Notes under the pieces: generated by a model
What the model was told of the DNA's origin: nothing
The model's input: the letters and a program-made list of their open reading frames with translations, nothing else
Databases searched by the model: none
NCBI RefSeq assembly: GCF_028641065.1
Contig: NC_073395.1
Span: 21,080,001 to 21,144,000, forward strand
DNA length: 64,000 nucleotides
Source: Leucoraja erinacea
Taxonomy: Eukaryota
Reading direction: 5' to 3'
Program-made: the position numbers and the translations under genes
Part shown: positions 38,120-52,011 of the stretch, piece after piece
Numbering within the stretch: position 1 is the first letter of the stretch
Layout of the letters: each line of letters begins with the position of its first letter

Positions 38120-39547
38120 AGAATGATGCAAGGGTCCTTGTCACGGTTTATTACGAACAGTTTGGTAACAGAGGACTCTCTGATTTACGGGTTGTTCCCA
38201 GGGACACATTTGGAGATAGGCATCAAGTGCTGCTGGAAGGTCATCAACTCAGTCAAAGATGCTCTTTGGTCTGCCCAAAACATTTTGACCTCCCAGCAGA
38301 GCGAGATGTCCGTTGGGGAATGTTGCCTACTGGCCCGCTCCAGACTGCAGGAGTATGTGGTAAGGGATACTCCAATCTAGTGTCCTTCCACTACTAGATA
38401 TTGGGGGGCAGAGTATGGTGGAGACGCCCCTCAAACAAGGGAAGGGATATCACCCCAGGGAGCCACATGAGTGGCAAAGGTGCTGGATATAGGGAGGTTG
38501 CACGGCAGTCGAGGTCACGCCCGGTGACCCGTGCTATTGCCACGCAATGCCAACTGGAGTACACACGATGAACTGCAGGTAAGCATTTACTATGGGTGCC
38601 AGCACAGCGGGCCCTTCTTCTGTCCCAGCATCCGGACTGGTTGCACACTCGCGGACCACGGGCAGTCTATCCCCCGGCCCGGGGGGGGGGGGGGGGGGGG
38701 GGGGGGGAAGAGGTCAGGGGGAGAGAGGAGGAGGTTGAGGTGTCGGTGCAGCGCGGTCAGTGACTGGGTGGGCGGAGGGAGCAGACTGTCCCCAACTCTG
38801 ATGCAGCTGACGTTGCCCGGAGCCGCGGCCCCACTCCACCCGGCCCCGTGTGTGGGCGCTGCCGACCCACAGCCAGTGACAGTGCAGCCCACAGGGGGAG
38901 ATGGGGCGGAGGGCGGCCGTGGGGGGGAGAGTGGGGTCTGTACCGAGGGATGCGCTCCTTCGGCCGCTTACACCTTGGTGCTCGGGTTCAGAGCAAAGAT
39001 ATTAGAGCATTTGGTTCAGAGCGCTTAGTCACCCAAAAAAAAATAATCCCACAATATTGTAATCAAATTGCTCTGAATTTGAGTTCGCTTTATATAGAGA
39101 AGGCTTATCGAGATGGTGCTGTCTGGACACGACAATGAATGCGGCTATTAGTCACGGATTGTAAAAGAAGCTACACCATGAGATAACACCAGTTTAAACC
39201 TGATACCTTCCCGCTTTCTAATGACAGCACCCACAATTATTTACAGCTCAAAAATTGACCATTTCGATGGTTGTTAACAGGTAAGAAAATACGCATTCCG
39301 TGTGTTAACAGTGTGTGCCGAGGCAGCCATGTACTCCACATGGATTGAGCTGCTCCGTGCGTCACGCCCTGTGATCCGATGATTTTACGTGCAACCCCCC
39401 TATAATGATAATTTTGTGAGCCCAACCAAATACAACGCCAATGAATGTACGTATAGATGCTGAGAATGTTGGAAGCATTTTTGCATTGTTCGTGCTTCAT
39501 ATATTTTTGTTATTATTCTGAATAAAGTTTATTTGGTGGGAAAAAAA
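38120..39547 (+). mobile_element. Tx1/L1-clade LINE 3' end, split by a DNA transposon
   Basis: LIYGLFPGTH...CCWKVINSVKDALWSA...ARSRLQEYVVRD; aataaa + A tail at ~39520-39547. Confidence 0.7.
38491..39401. mobile_element. Non-autonomous ISL2EU-like DNA transposon, both ends present
   Basis: TIRs agggaggttgcacg / cgtgcaacccccct; AT duplicated at 38489-90 and 39402-03. Confidence 0.8.
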
Positions 39548-40424
39548 CTAGGCGCCTGGTTTTTAATCCTTATGCCCTGAAAAATTGATACTGGAAAGTT
39601 GATACGTCCTCAAGACAAAGTGACCTACATTCTAAACTTGCGAAAGAACAGCTGCCTTTTGGAGATAGTGGCTGTCTTATGTCAACATTCCATATACTGA
39701 AGAATCCTTTTCAACTGCATGAAAGGCAGCAAATGTTACCCTCTTATAGTAAAACACACATAATTGCCCCATCCAATTATTTTTCCGGCATCTGGCTCAC
39801 TTAAATATGTTCCCCACGTTTCCTGGGGCCTCATTTCCCATATTCCCTTTAAGGTCACCCATTGCTTCATTCCCATGCTTCCTTTACACTCACCATGGTC
39901 CCATTTACCACACTTTAAACTCAACGGAGCCTTTTCCCCATGATCTGTTTCAACTCAACTGATTCACTAAAATGTTTATTACACTGCCGTGTAATATTTA
40001 AAACATATATAATTTAAAGTGTGCTGAACTGGAATAATATAAAATAGTCTGGGCAATCTATGCCTAATTATGCTAACTATACTTACCTGCATTAATTCCA
40101 CATCCCTCCACACTTTGCTCATTCATGGAATGTTCAGGTGTCTCATAATTGTGACAAGGCTGCCTCCAACACCTCTGGCAACCCTGTCCACATACCTATT
40201 AATCTGTGTGAAAAACCTACCCTTTGAAACCTCCTACCTCTCGCCTTAAACCTATGCCCTCTCGTTTTAGACATGTTTACCACAGGAAATAGACATGTGG
40301 CTTTCTAAGCCTCCCATAATTTTATATACCTATTTAATGTATTTAAGAAATAAGTGGGAAAGGAAATGAGAAACTATAAACCAGTTAGCCTGATGTCACT
40401 AATCTATTGTTAATTAAGTGCTAA

Positions 40425-41562
40425 TTAAAAAATAAGATTTTTAGAGATACGGAGTGGAAGCAGGTCCACCCAGTCTGCGACAACTTGCAATCACTCTGTA
40501 CATGAACACTATCCCACACACTAAGGGCAATATAACCATATAACCATATAACAATTACAGCACGGAAACAGGCCATCTCGGCCCTACAAGTCCATGCCGA
40601 ACAAATTTTTTTTCCCCTTAGTCCCACCTGCCTGCACTCGTACCATAACCCTCCATTCCCTTCTCATCCATATGCCTATCCAATTTATTTTTAAATGATA
40701 CCAATGAACCTGCCTCCACCACTTCCACTGGGAGCTCATTCCACACCGCCACCACTCTCTGCGTAAAGAAGTTCCCCCTCATATTACCCCTAAACTTCTG
40801 TCCCTTAATTCTGAAGTCATGTCCTCTTGTTTGAATCTTCCCTATTCTCAAAGGGAAAAGCTTGTCCACATCAACTCTGTCTATCCCTCTCATCATTTTA
40901 AAGACCTCTATCAGGTCCCCCCTTAACCTTCTGCGCTCCAGAGAATAAAGACCTAACTTATTCAACCTATCTCTGTAACTTAGTTGTTGAAACCCAGGCA
41001 ACATTCTAGTAAATCTCCTCTGTACTCTCTCTATTTTGTTGACATCCTTCCTATAATTTGGCGACCAAAATTGTACACCATACTCCAGATTTGGTCTCAC
41101 CAATGCCTTGTACAATTTTAACATTACATCCCAGCTTCTATACTCAATGCTCTGATTTATAAAGGCTAGCATACCAAAAGCTTTCTTTACCACCCTATCT
41201 ATATGAGATTCCACCTTCAAGGAACTATGCATGGTTATACACAGATCCCTCTGTTCAACTGTATTCTTCAATTCCCTACCATTTACCATGTACGTCCTAT
41301 TTTGATTTGTCCTGCCAAGGTGTAGCACCTCACATTTATCAGCATTAAACTCCATCTGCCATCTTTCAATGTACAATTTTTTACCGAAGCCAATTAACCT
41401 ACAAACCTGCAAGTCTTTAGAATATATGAGGAAACCAGAGAAACTGTAGAAAATCCACGAGGAGAACGTACAAACCCAGCGTGCAGACTGCAGCCGAATT
41501 CAGGATCGAACCTGGGTCTCTGGCGCTGTATGGCAGCAACTTTACCATTGCGCTGCAGTGCC
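40425..41562 (-). mobile_element. SINE interrupted by a CR1 insertion
   Basis: SINE head 41562-41369 (ggttcgatcc) and tail 40531-40425 on either side of the CR1. Confidence 0.7.
40532..41368 (-). mobile_element. CR1 LINE 3' portion (second subfamily)
   Basis: ORF 40618-41412 WQMEFNADKCEVLHLG...LVRPNLEYG.QFWSP; tail (gttatatg)n. Confidence 0.93.
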
Positions 41563-41565
41563 ATT

Positions 41566-41793
41566 CCATAGAAACAGAAAAATAGGTGCAGGAATAGGCC
41601 ATGCAGCCCTTCGAGCCATTCAATATGATCATGGCTGATCATCTAAAATCAGTACCTCGTTCCTGCTTTTTCTCCATATCCCTTGATTCCTTTAGCCCAA
41701 AGAGCTAAATCTAACTCTCTCTTGAAAACATCTAGTGAATTGGCCTCCACTGCCTTCTGTGGCAGAGAATCCCACAGATTCACAACTCTCTGG
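41566..41793 (-). mobile_element. CR1 3' fragment
   Basis: TQRVVNLWDSLPQKAVEA + CR1 tail. Confidence 0.85.
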
Positions 41794-42053
41794 GTACCAT
41801 GGTACACATAAAAAATAATTGGATGATTCAGTGGAGTGAACATGGATTTATGAAAAGGAAATCATATTTGACAAGTCTGTTGAGCGTTTTTTGAGCTGTA
41901 GCACACAATTTCTCACAATTTGTGTTTCTTTATCCAATATATCCACAGCTCCCTCCTTTTCATGCCTATCGTCTCTAGCCTGCATCAGTCTATGAAAGAG
42001 GTTTTCAACCAAAAACCCATGTCCTAAATATAATCACTAAATGGAAACTACAT

Positions 42054-42916
42054 GTAGCAATGTTACAAAATTTTGAGATTTAAAAAATCAAGTCTGCAAT
42101 TTATCCCATCAGATAAAGCACAACAATAAGTTTAATTTGACACCTAATTCACTTTCATATCTCAAGTATTAAAAAAGTTATGACCATTTTCATACTCGGA
42201 AATTAGCATCTTGTTCCCTATTGATTTTCAATGGGCATTACAAAAAAGCTGTGATCTTGGATAGTCAAAAGCACATTTCTTAAGGAAAGATTAACATTTT
42301 TAAATAGCCTAAGTGTCCAAAGATTATTCACAAATAATTCACAATATAACATGATTTTTATATCTAATTTACATTAATTTATAGGCCAAATGGAAGGAAT
42401 TTAGTGTTCAATTGCTGTAAATAAATGCCCATTTAAATCGGTTTTCTAGTGGGTTTCTGTGAACGCGCAGGTTTAGAATGTTGACAGCGCGCTGGATTAG
42501 TGCCCTCAAATGCCGAGAAAAATACTGCGGGATATAAAAAGCCCAAAATGAGCTACTCGCTATAGAAAATTATAATTATAGGGTTATATACATGCCCCAT
42601 TTAATGTAAAAATAAGGTACATACCTTTAATTGTTTGCTTTATAAAACCCTGGGGCTGCGAAAGCTTGCGAACTGAACGAGAGCTTTTAAATTTATTATA
42701 TCTACTATTCGAGGCCTATAAAACTAATAATAGCTTTTGGGACCGGGTCTTGCAGCGATTCTCCGTTAATGATTTACTAGGCTGAACATCTGCGATTGGA
42801 ACAGCCTAGTAAAAATCGGGTTTTAAACCCGCCCCCTCCAAACAGCTCCAAAATCACACACAAGGGGTGGGGCAGATGCTCAGCCACGATTCAGGTAGGT
42901 TTTGTAACATACCTAC
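42054..42916. mobile_element. Unclassified non-autonomous DNA transposon with 5-bp TSD
   Basis: TIRs gtagcaatgttacaaaa / ttttgtaacatacctac; TACAT at 42049-53 and 42917-21. Confidence 0.75.
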
Positions 42917-43483
42917 TACATGGTGAAAGGGACCACAACTGTGAGCTACTTCTTTTCCTGGAACAGAAAACAACAGAATTATGAAGAAGGGTTTCGGCCC
43001 GAAACGTCATCTATTTCCTTCGCTCCATAGATGCTGGTGCACCCGCTGAGTTTCTCCAGCATTTTTGTGCACCTTTGATTTTCCAGCATCTGCAGTTCCT
43101 TCTTGAACAGAATTATTCGACATGCAGAGATTGACAGATTCTTGATTAGTACGGGTGTTAAGGATTATGGGGCGAAGGCAGGAGAATGGGATGAGAGGGA
43201 TAGATAGATCAGCCATGATTGAATGGTGCAGACTTGATGGGCCAAATGGCCTACCACATTTCTCATGAGATAAATAAACAAAATGGCCTTTGGTCTCCTA
43301 ACAGCAGTATACAAATGAGCCAGAATGCAAATAGGCCGTGGCGCTGTTTTGAATTAGATCACAGTGTTCTCCCAGTCCTAATGAGAGGTCATCAACCTGA
43401 AATGCGAAACTCTAAACCAGTTAGCCTGAAGTCATTAATCTATTGTTAAGGAAGTGCACTTGGAAAATAATTGGAAGATTCGA

Positions 43484-43762
43484 TGGGTGGCACAGTGGTG
43501 CAGCGATAGATTTGCTGCCTTGTAGTGCCAAAGACCCGAGTTTGATACTGACTACGGGTGCTGTCTGTGTGGAGCTTGTACATTTTCCCTGTGATCGCGT
43601 GGGTTTTCTCCAGGTGCTCCTGTTTCCTTCCACATTTTACAGAAGTATAGGTTTATCGGCTTTTGTAATTGAAAGTTCCAATATATGGGGTGATCACTGG
43701 TTGGCATGGACTTGGTGGGCAGAAGGGGTTGTTTTTCCATGCTGTATCTCTAAAGTCTAAAG
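43484..43762 (+). mobile_element. tRNA-derived SINE (HE1/V-SINE-like)
   Basis: Homologous to 11435-11712; tail tctctaaagtctaaa. Confidence 0.85.
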
Positions 43763-46469
43763 ATGGAGTGAACATAGATTTATGAAAAGAAAATCATACT
43801 TGACAAGTCTGTTAAAAGAGTTTTTTGAGCTGTAATGCATGATTTACACCTCCCTCCTTTTTTCCCCTCTGTTCTCCCTCTACGGTTGCTGGTCTGATCT
43901 GCTGAGTATTTCTAACACTAGAGTTCTGCTAGTTGTAGCTTGCCTAACCTCTCCCAATAGCTCTGTCCCCAGTGCCCTGGCAACCCCCTCGTAAATATTT
44001 TCTGCACGTTTTTTTGTAAGCCTTAAGTTGTTCTCCTTCACTACTGAATATTGGTAAGTACAGTTTAAACAACATTAGTTAACTGGAAAACATTCTGGGA
44101 GATTGAAAAGATACATATTCTTTACTTCTTTCTTCAAGTGTTGTAGTTGCTGAAGACCTGTTTTTACTTGATATGGCTGTGGACAGAAATTCCACTAATT
44201 CCACAGTGATGAGCAACAGCTTAGAATAATAAAGCAGTAATTCCCTTTTGCTCAAAAGAATATCCAAGTTACAGGGAAATTGATGCAGTGACATGAAAGT
44301 AAATACAAGATGGCAAGTAAAGTAATATTTCAAAATGATCGATTAATTCAAATTAACCACCCAGAAACACTAAATATCACAGCTCATGTGTAGATTGGAA
44401 AATTCAGGAGCTACTAGAACTGTCACTCTGAACTGTTAACTTGTGCTTAGTTATTTATTTATTTTCCCCTCATATTCAGCATGCCTCAGTTTCACTTCTC
44501 ACAGAATGAGGCCTATTGAATTAGGTCACATTGGTAAAAATCCAATTTACCAATGACATTTTAGAGGTTCATCCTGAGGTTAAAATATGACACAAAGTGC
44601 TGGAGAATCTCAGCAGGTCAGGCAGCGTCTCTGGAGAACATGGAGAGGTGCCGAAACAAGGAACTGCAGATGTTGGTTTACACAAAAGGACACAAAGTGC
44701 TGAAGTATTTCAGCTGGTCAGGCAACATCTCCAGACAACACAGAATGGTGTCTTATCCATGTTCTCCAGAGATGCAGCCTGATCCGCTGAGTTACTCCAG
44801 CACTTAGTTATGGAGTCAAGTTTATACAGCATCGAAACAGACCCTTCAGCCCAACTCGTCTGTGCCGACCAAGATACCCATCTATGCTGGTCCCATATTC
44901 TCATGTTTATCCCTTTTCCCTCTAAATCTTTGCTATCCATGTACCTGTCCAACTGTCTCTTAAGTGTTGTTATTGTACCTGCCTCAACTACCTCCCCTGG
45001 CAGCTTTACTCCACCCATCTGCCAATCAAGCCATTATTTTGTTTAATCCAGTTTTATTCCTTGTATCATTCTAGAGACATTAGGTCTTTGGACTAATTAA
45101 CATAGGTCTTTTGATTAACATAGTTCTTTGGACTAATTTACAAGAAATACCAGAAAGAGCTGACCCCAACTTGTGATCTCTGAATTGGGTGCTTCAGATT
45201 TCAAGCCAAAAGGAACAAAGACATTATTCCAAAAGAAATATAGTATTGTACTGCACGATGATCTGCAGCAGTGCGCAGAAAAATACAATGAAAGCTTTCA
45301 TCACAGAGTAATAATGGCTTGCTTCATGTTGCCCTATTGTCTGAAAATGTTCACTGTTTGATTATAATATCCATAACTCATGACAACTATCTTCAAAAAC
45401 CCCAAATACTTGGAACACTCTCTGTTTTGGTTAGAGATCATTAACATAGATGTTTGCTCTTGAACCAGTGGGAACAATTTAAATTGTGCTCACTAAAATC
45501 ATTTTTGTGGGTTAGAGTATTAAAATACTGCACTGTGTTGGAATGAGAGTTGAAACACAGCAGACATTCCACATTGGTCAAAAATGACAGGATCCATATA
45601 TGCTATAAGAAAGATGTTGTTAAGCTGGAAAGAGTGCAAAGAAGATTTTAGAGAACGTTGGCAGGACTTGAGGGCCTGAACTATAGGGAGAGATTGGGCT
45701 TTATTTATTGCAGTACAGTGTATAAGATTGTGTTGTGATTAGATAGAATAGATGAACAGTCTTTTAACCAGAGTAGGGAATCAAGAACAAGAGGACATAT
45801 GTTTAGTTTAGCTGGTGGGTAAATGGAACGAGGTGCCAGAGGAGATAGTTGAGACAGGTACTATAACAGCATTTAAATTACATTTGGACAGGTACATGGA
45901 TAGCAAAGGTTTTGTGGGTTATAGGAAAAACAGGGGCAGATGGGACTATTGTAAGTCTAGATGTTGGTTGATGTAGGCAAGTTGGGCCGAGGGGCTTGTT
46001 TCCATGCTGTATGAGTCTATGCCTCTCTGGTACCCAAGGACCAAAGTGTCCTCAGTAGGATCTCTCAAACTTGCAACCTCACCTAATTAGAAGGACAGGG
46101 ATAGCAGGTGCGTTAGAATGACCATATCTGAGTATCTCCCCTAGTCCAGTAACAAAAAAACCCAGAAATGTCGGATGAACACAGATAATCAAGCAGCACT
46201 CTTGGAAAGAGAAACAAGTTTAAGAAAAAAGTTTTCAATTATCAAAATAGAAACACTATATTTCATGGGAATAAATGAAAAGTGGGAGCAAATGTAGAAT
46301 TTAAAGGCAGTGCTTGAATCAATGACCCTCAGATTATGTCTGATTTTATACAATCTGTTTTTCTTCATGCAAATCCTGCCTCGCACATCGAAAGTTTCCA
46401 TTGTTCCATTTTTTTCATAACTCAGTGTTATCTTACAATTGTGGGAATTGTGGGAGGGGGAATGGACAT

Positions 46470-47200
46470 ATGACATATGATGTTTCGGATCAGTACCCTT
46501 CTTCCGACTGGTTGGAAACTGGAAAAAATGAGGTTGGGGCAGGACAAACCTGGCAAGTGATTTGTAAATACAGGTGATGGGTGGAGGGGGGGAGGGGGGG
46601 GGGGGGTAAGATTGGCGGAGTAAGTGACAAAGGCGAGAGTGAAATGGAGACAAAAGGATGTCAGATAAGGAAAGAAGAGGCGTGTAAAGCAGGAGGGATA
46701 TGGGTGAAATGGGACCAGGGTGAGGGGAGTGTGGGTATATAAAAGATAAATTTGGGAGATGAGCATACACAGGAGGGGAAAAGAGCAAAATGAATAAGGT
46801 GGTAGAAGATGGTGGGAGAAGATGGTGGGAGAAATGTGTATGCACCGACCGGGTTAGGGGTAAGGCAGGGGGAAGAGTGGAGTGTTTGTTGGGCTTTTAC
46901 TTGAAATTGTAGAATTCTATGTCTGTAAGGTTGTAAGCTGCCCAATTAAAATATGAGGTGCTGTTCCTCCAGCCTGCTTACGGCCTCGTTCTGGCAATGG
47001 AGGTGGCCTTGGACAGAAAGGCCTGTATGCGAATGGGAAAAAGACTTAAAATTGTTCGCAACCGGGAGATCCTGCCAGCCTTGGTGGACAGAGTGTGTGT
47101 TCAGTGAAACAATCGCCTAGTTTAACCTTGTACTCGCTGATGTGCAAATCGGGAGCACCAACTCCAATAGATGAGGTGCATATGAATCTCTGTCGCACCT
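46470..47200 (-). mobile_element. Old Penelope-like 3' fragment
   Basis: Degenerate GIY-YIG C-terminus (46930-47200) and hammerhead remnant at ~46478-46510. Confidence 0.65.
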
Positions 47201-47291
47201 TGATAAGGCTAGGCTATGATAATGGAGAGAGGAAAAGTGAGCCAATATCACAAATGAAACACGACGGAAATGTCTACTTCTGAAAAAGTGA

Positions 47292-48066
47292 AATAATAAT
47301 AATAATAATAATACATTTTATTTGTATAGTGCTTTTCAAGGACTCAAAGTCGCTTTACATGGTGAGTCAAGAACAAAAGAAAATAGAGCAGTAAGACAGA
47401 GATGCAAAGGGGAGGGGGGACATGGGACTAAGGGTATGCAGAGGTGAAGAGATGGGTCTTGAGGCGGGACTGGAAGATGGTGAGGGCCTCAGAAGTTCGG
47501 ATCAATTGTGGGAGGGAGTTCCAGAGCCTGGGAGCTGCCCTGGAGAAGGCTCTGTCTCCAAAAGTGCAGCGGTTGGATTTCAGAATGGAGAGGAGACCGG
47601 CTGAAATGGATCTGAGGGACCGTGAGGGTTGGTAGGGGGAGAGGAGGTCAGTGAGATAAGGGGGGGCCAAGTGGTTGAGGGCTTTGTAGGTGAAGACCAG
47701 GATTTTGTAGATGATCCGGTGGGAAATGGGAAGCCAGTGAAGTTCTTTGAGGACTGGGGTGATGTGGTGCCAGGATTTGGTGTGGGTAATGAGTCGGGCG
47801 GCTGCATTCTGGACCAGTTGGAGTCGGTTGATGTTGCTGGAATTGATGCCAAAGAGAGAGTTACAGTAGTCCAGTCGGGAGGAGATGAAGGCATGGATGA
47901 GTCTTTCAGCAGCGAGGGGGTGTGAGAGAGGGTCTGATTTTGGCAATGTTGCGGAGGTGAAAAAATGATGTTTTGACAACATGGCGGATGTGAGGCTCAA
48001 GGGAGAGGGTTGAGTCAAAGATCACGCCAAGGTTGCGGGCCTGAGGAGATGGGGAGACAGTGACTG
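47292..48066 (-). mobile_element. L2 LINE 3' portion
   Basis: RNLGVIFDSTLSL, LIHAFISSRLDYCNSL, LHWLPI, AAPRLWNSLP, LKTHLF; (tta)n tail. Confidence 0.92.
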
Positions 48067-48874
48067 TAGAAGTTACAAAATTTGTTATCTTCCTGAAGGC
48101 TGCACTGTTTGCAGTCATATGGGGAAGTGCCATACCTCGGAATTGTTGCAATAGTGCAGGAACCACACAGATAGACACAGTCGAAGTGTAAAAGAGAATT
48201 AAAGTCGCTTTTACAGATTGCAAATCGGTCGCCCAAGTTGCTCTTAGTTTCACCGATGTTATGTGTTGCAATGCTCCAATTAAAGTATAAAAATTGGAAC
48301 ATTATGTTGTAACTTTGCAACACACTGGTTAGGGTGCACCACCCTTATCAACATGTTTGATGATGATGATATCTTAGTCAGTGGAGTGCTGCAATTTTTG
48401 AGGAGTGTGTAGATTGCAGTGAGGGAAGAGCAAAAATTAACATTGGCAGTTAGCAATAAATAGATCAATGGAGGGTAAAGACCGAAGGCAAGGGTCCCGT
48501 GGAAACTGAGGATTAAGTAGGCAGGAGATCGGGTCGACAGTTTGGGGTGAGGAAAAGGGCTCAGAGGCAGAGGGGCGAAGGAAAAGTTCAACGACAAATT
48601 AGAACAGATATGAGGATTTAGACGAAACAGTGCTGAGGTCTCTGCGAGGACTGATTATTCAGAGAGGGGAAGAGCAGAAGGGATGATGACAACATGGCAG
48701 GGAAAGCGACTGGTGGGAGAAGGGGGGGGGGGGGGGTGAGTGCTGAGGAAAGTGAAAGGTGAGAGAAGTCTCGTGAAGTTTTGGAATTCAAGAGCTGATC
48801 AAATTTGCAATCCTTCATGTCTGAAATGAAGGGAAAAATGTTGCAGCACCAAATCAGTTGAGGATAAAGGGGAA

Positions 48875-50700
48875 GGTAGACACAAAATGCTGGAGTAACT
48901 CAACGGGACAGGCAGCATCTCTGGAGAGAAGGAATGGGTGATGTTTCGGGTCGAGACCCTTCTTCAGACTGATGTCAGGGGAGAGGGCAGAGATAGAATG
49001 TAGTCGGAGACAGTGAGATTGGTGGGAGAACTGGGAAGGGGGAGGGGATGGAGAGAGAGGGAAATCAAGGGCTATTTGAATTTAGGGAAGTCAATGGTCA
49101 TACCGCTGGGGTGTAAGCTACCCAAGTAAAATATAAGGTCCTGTTTCTCCAATTTGCGCTGGCCTCACTCTGACATGGCCCAGGACAGAAAGGTCAGATT
49201 GGGAATGGGATTGGGAGTTAAAGTGCTGTGCAACCGGGAGATCAGGCAGGTTAAGGCGGACTGAGCGGAGGTGTTCAGCGAAACGATCGCTGAGCCTGCA
49301 CTTGGTCTCGCCGATGTACAGGAGTTGACATCTGGAACAGTGGATATGGTAGATGAGGTTGGAGGAGGTGCAAGTTAACCTCTGCCTCATCTGAAAAGAC
49401 TGTTGGGTTCCTTGGATGGAGTCGAGGGGGGAGGTAAAGGGACAGGTGTTGCATCTCCTGCGGTTGCAGGGGAAAGTATCTGGGGAGGGGGTGGTTTGGG
49501 TGGGAAGGGACGAGTTGACCAGGGAGTTTCGGAGTGAAATATGTCTGCGGAAAGCAGAGAGGGGTGGAGAAGGGAAGATGTAGCCAGTAGTGGTATCCCG
49601 TTGGAGGTGGAGAAAATGTTGGAGGATTATATGCTATATGCGACGGCTGATGGGGTGGAAGGTGAGGACAAAGGGGACTCTGTCCTTCTTACGAATGGGG
49701 GAAGGGGGAGCAAGAGGGGAGCTGCGGGATATCGAGGAGACCCTAGTAAGAGCCTCATCTATAATGGAAGAGGGGAACCCCCGTTTCCTAAAGAATGAGG
49801 ACATCCCCAATGCCCTGGTATGGAAAACCTCATCCTGGGCGCAGATGCGGCGTAGACGGAGAAATTAGAATTAGGGGATAGGTATTTACAGGCAGCAGGG
49901 AGGTACGAAGTGTAGTCTAAATAGGTATGGGAGTCAGTGGGTTTGTAGTAGATGTCAGTCAATAGTCTGTCTCCTGTGATGGAGACGGTGAGATCTAGAA
50001 ACAGGAGGGAGATGTCGGAGATGGTCCAAGTGAATTTGAGTGCAGGATCGAAATTAGTTGTGAAGTTGATGAAGTCAGTGAGTTCTGCATGGGTGCAGGA
50101 GGCAGCACCGATGCAGTTGTCAATGTAGCGGAGGTAGAATTCGGGGATAGGGCCATTGGACGCCTGGAACAGTGATTGTTCGATGTACCCTACAAAGAGG
50201 CAGGCATAGCTAGGGCCCATGCGAGTGCCCATAGCTACACCTTAAATTTGGAGGAAGTGGGAGGAGTCGAAGGAGAAGTTATTGAGGGTAAGGACCAGCT
50301 CTGCTAGGCAGAGGAGAGTATCAATAGATGGCAATTGGCTGGTTCTGCAGTCGAGGAAGAAACGGAGGGCTTTAAGACCTTCCTGGTGGAGGATGGAGGT
50401 GTAGAGTGACTGGACATCCATAGTAAAGATGAGGAAGTGGGGGCCTGGAAAACGGAAGTCATTGAAGAGATGAGTGTGTGAGGAGTCTTGGACATAGGGA
50501 GGGATTGGACCGGGGGGGATAGGATGGAGTTGAGGTATGTGGAAATTAATTCAGTGGGACATGAACATGCAGAAAAATAGGTATGCCAGGACAATTCTGC
50601 TTGTGGATTTTGGGGAGAAGATAAAATCGAACTGTGCGGGGCTGGGGAATGATAAGGTTGGAGGCTCTAGAAGGTAGATAGCTGGAAGTGATGAAATCAG
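48875..50700 (-). mobile_element. Penelope-like retroelement (RT + GIY-YIG + pLTR)
   Basis: MGTRMGPSYACLFVGY..YLRYIDNCI..DIYYKPTDSH (49759-50232); GIY-YIG (49118-49390); pLTR with hammerhead. Confidence 0.9.
48938..48970 (-). ncRNA. Minimal hammerhead ribozyme motif in the Penelope pLTR
   Basis: AGU CUGAAGA A GGGUC-UC-GACCC GAAAC AUC AC; perfect 5-bp helix II. Confidence 0.65.
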
Positions 50701-52011
50701 ATAAAATGAGAATAATAGGGAACTACAGACTACAACAGCTTTGAAATCGCTCAATGTGGATGCAGAGGGTGGTTAAGGGCGTGTATGCACTGATGCCTGA
50801 CATGTCGCATGCATCTCACATTGTGATGAGAACAGTACTTGGAGAAATGCTGATCATTTGAACAATCTCACCACATTATGGTTATGCTAGAGAGGGTATA
50901 GAAAAGGGAAGCATGTTTCCTTGCGGCATTCCGAATTATGAAGAATGAAACTTCAGTTTAAATCATTGTGCATTGAGTTTAAGCTGGAGACATGTGTTCT
51001 TGGAAATAAGTTCTGATTAGCACCTCATCAAAGGCATGAACGGAAACAGATATAAGATACTAAACATGCTGAATACTACGTATAGTTTTAAAGAGGAACT
51101 ACACACTCTAAGAGAGGAAATGTACTTGCACAAACTGCAATAATATAAAATGCCACACCCCACCGGTTAATCAAAATGAATGCTCTTAAAATTTAGAATG
51201 TACAGCACAGGAACGGGCCCCTCGGCCCCCTATGTTTGTGCCAATCATGATGCCAAGATAAACTGATTTCATCTGCCTGTACATGATCCATATCTTTTCA
51301 TTCCCTGCACTTCCATGTGCCTATCCAAAAGCCTCTTAAACACCACTATCGTATCAGCCTCCACCACCACCCCTGGCAATGTGTTCCAGACCCCCATACA
51401 CTCTGTGTAAATAAAACGTGACTCGCACATCTCCATTAAATGTTCCCCTCTCACTATATAGCTATGCCCTCTATTGTTGGACATTTCCACCCTGTGAAAA
51501 AACGTTCTAACTGTCCACCCTATTCAATTCAATTCAACTTTATTGTCATTGCACAAATACAAGTATAGGTACAACAAAATGCAGTTTAGCGTCTGGTCAT
51601 AGTCATAGTGCAAGATAGTAGAAGTAAAAATAAAAATACAAAGTCGGCATACAATAAAAGTTTAAAAAAATAAATTAAAAAAATATATTGCTATCTATGC
51701 CTAGTCATAATTTTATATACTTCTATAGTCTCCCCTCAACCTCCAATGTTCTAGAGAAACCAATCCGAGTCCAACCTCTCCCTGTAGCTGAAACCCTCTA
51801 CTCCAGACATCATTCTGGTAACTCAATGGGTCAGACAGCATCGCAGAAGAACATGGATAGGTGATGTTTTGGGTCAGGTCCCAACCTGAAGCGTTACCTA
51901 CCCATGTTCTCCTGAGATGCTGCCTGACCTGCTGAGTTACTCCAGCACTTTGTGTCTTCTTCATGTTCGTATTCAATTTCAATTTCTTCAATTTCTCTTT
52001 GGCACAAAGAT

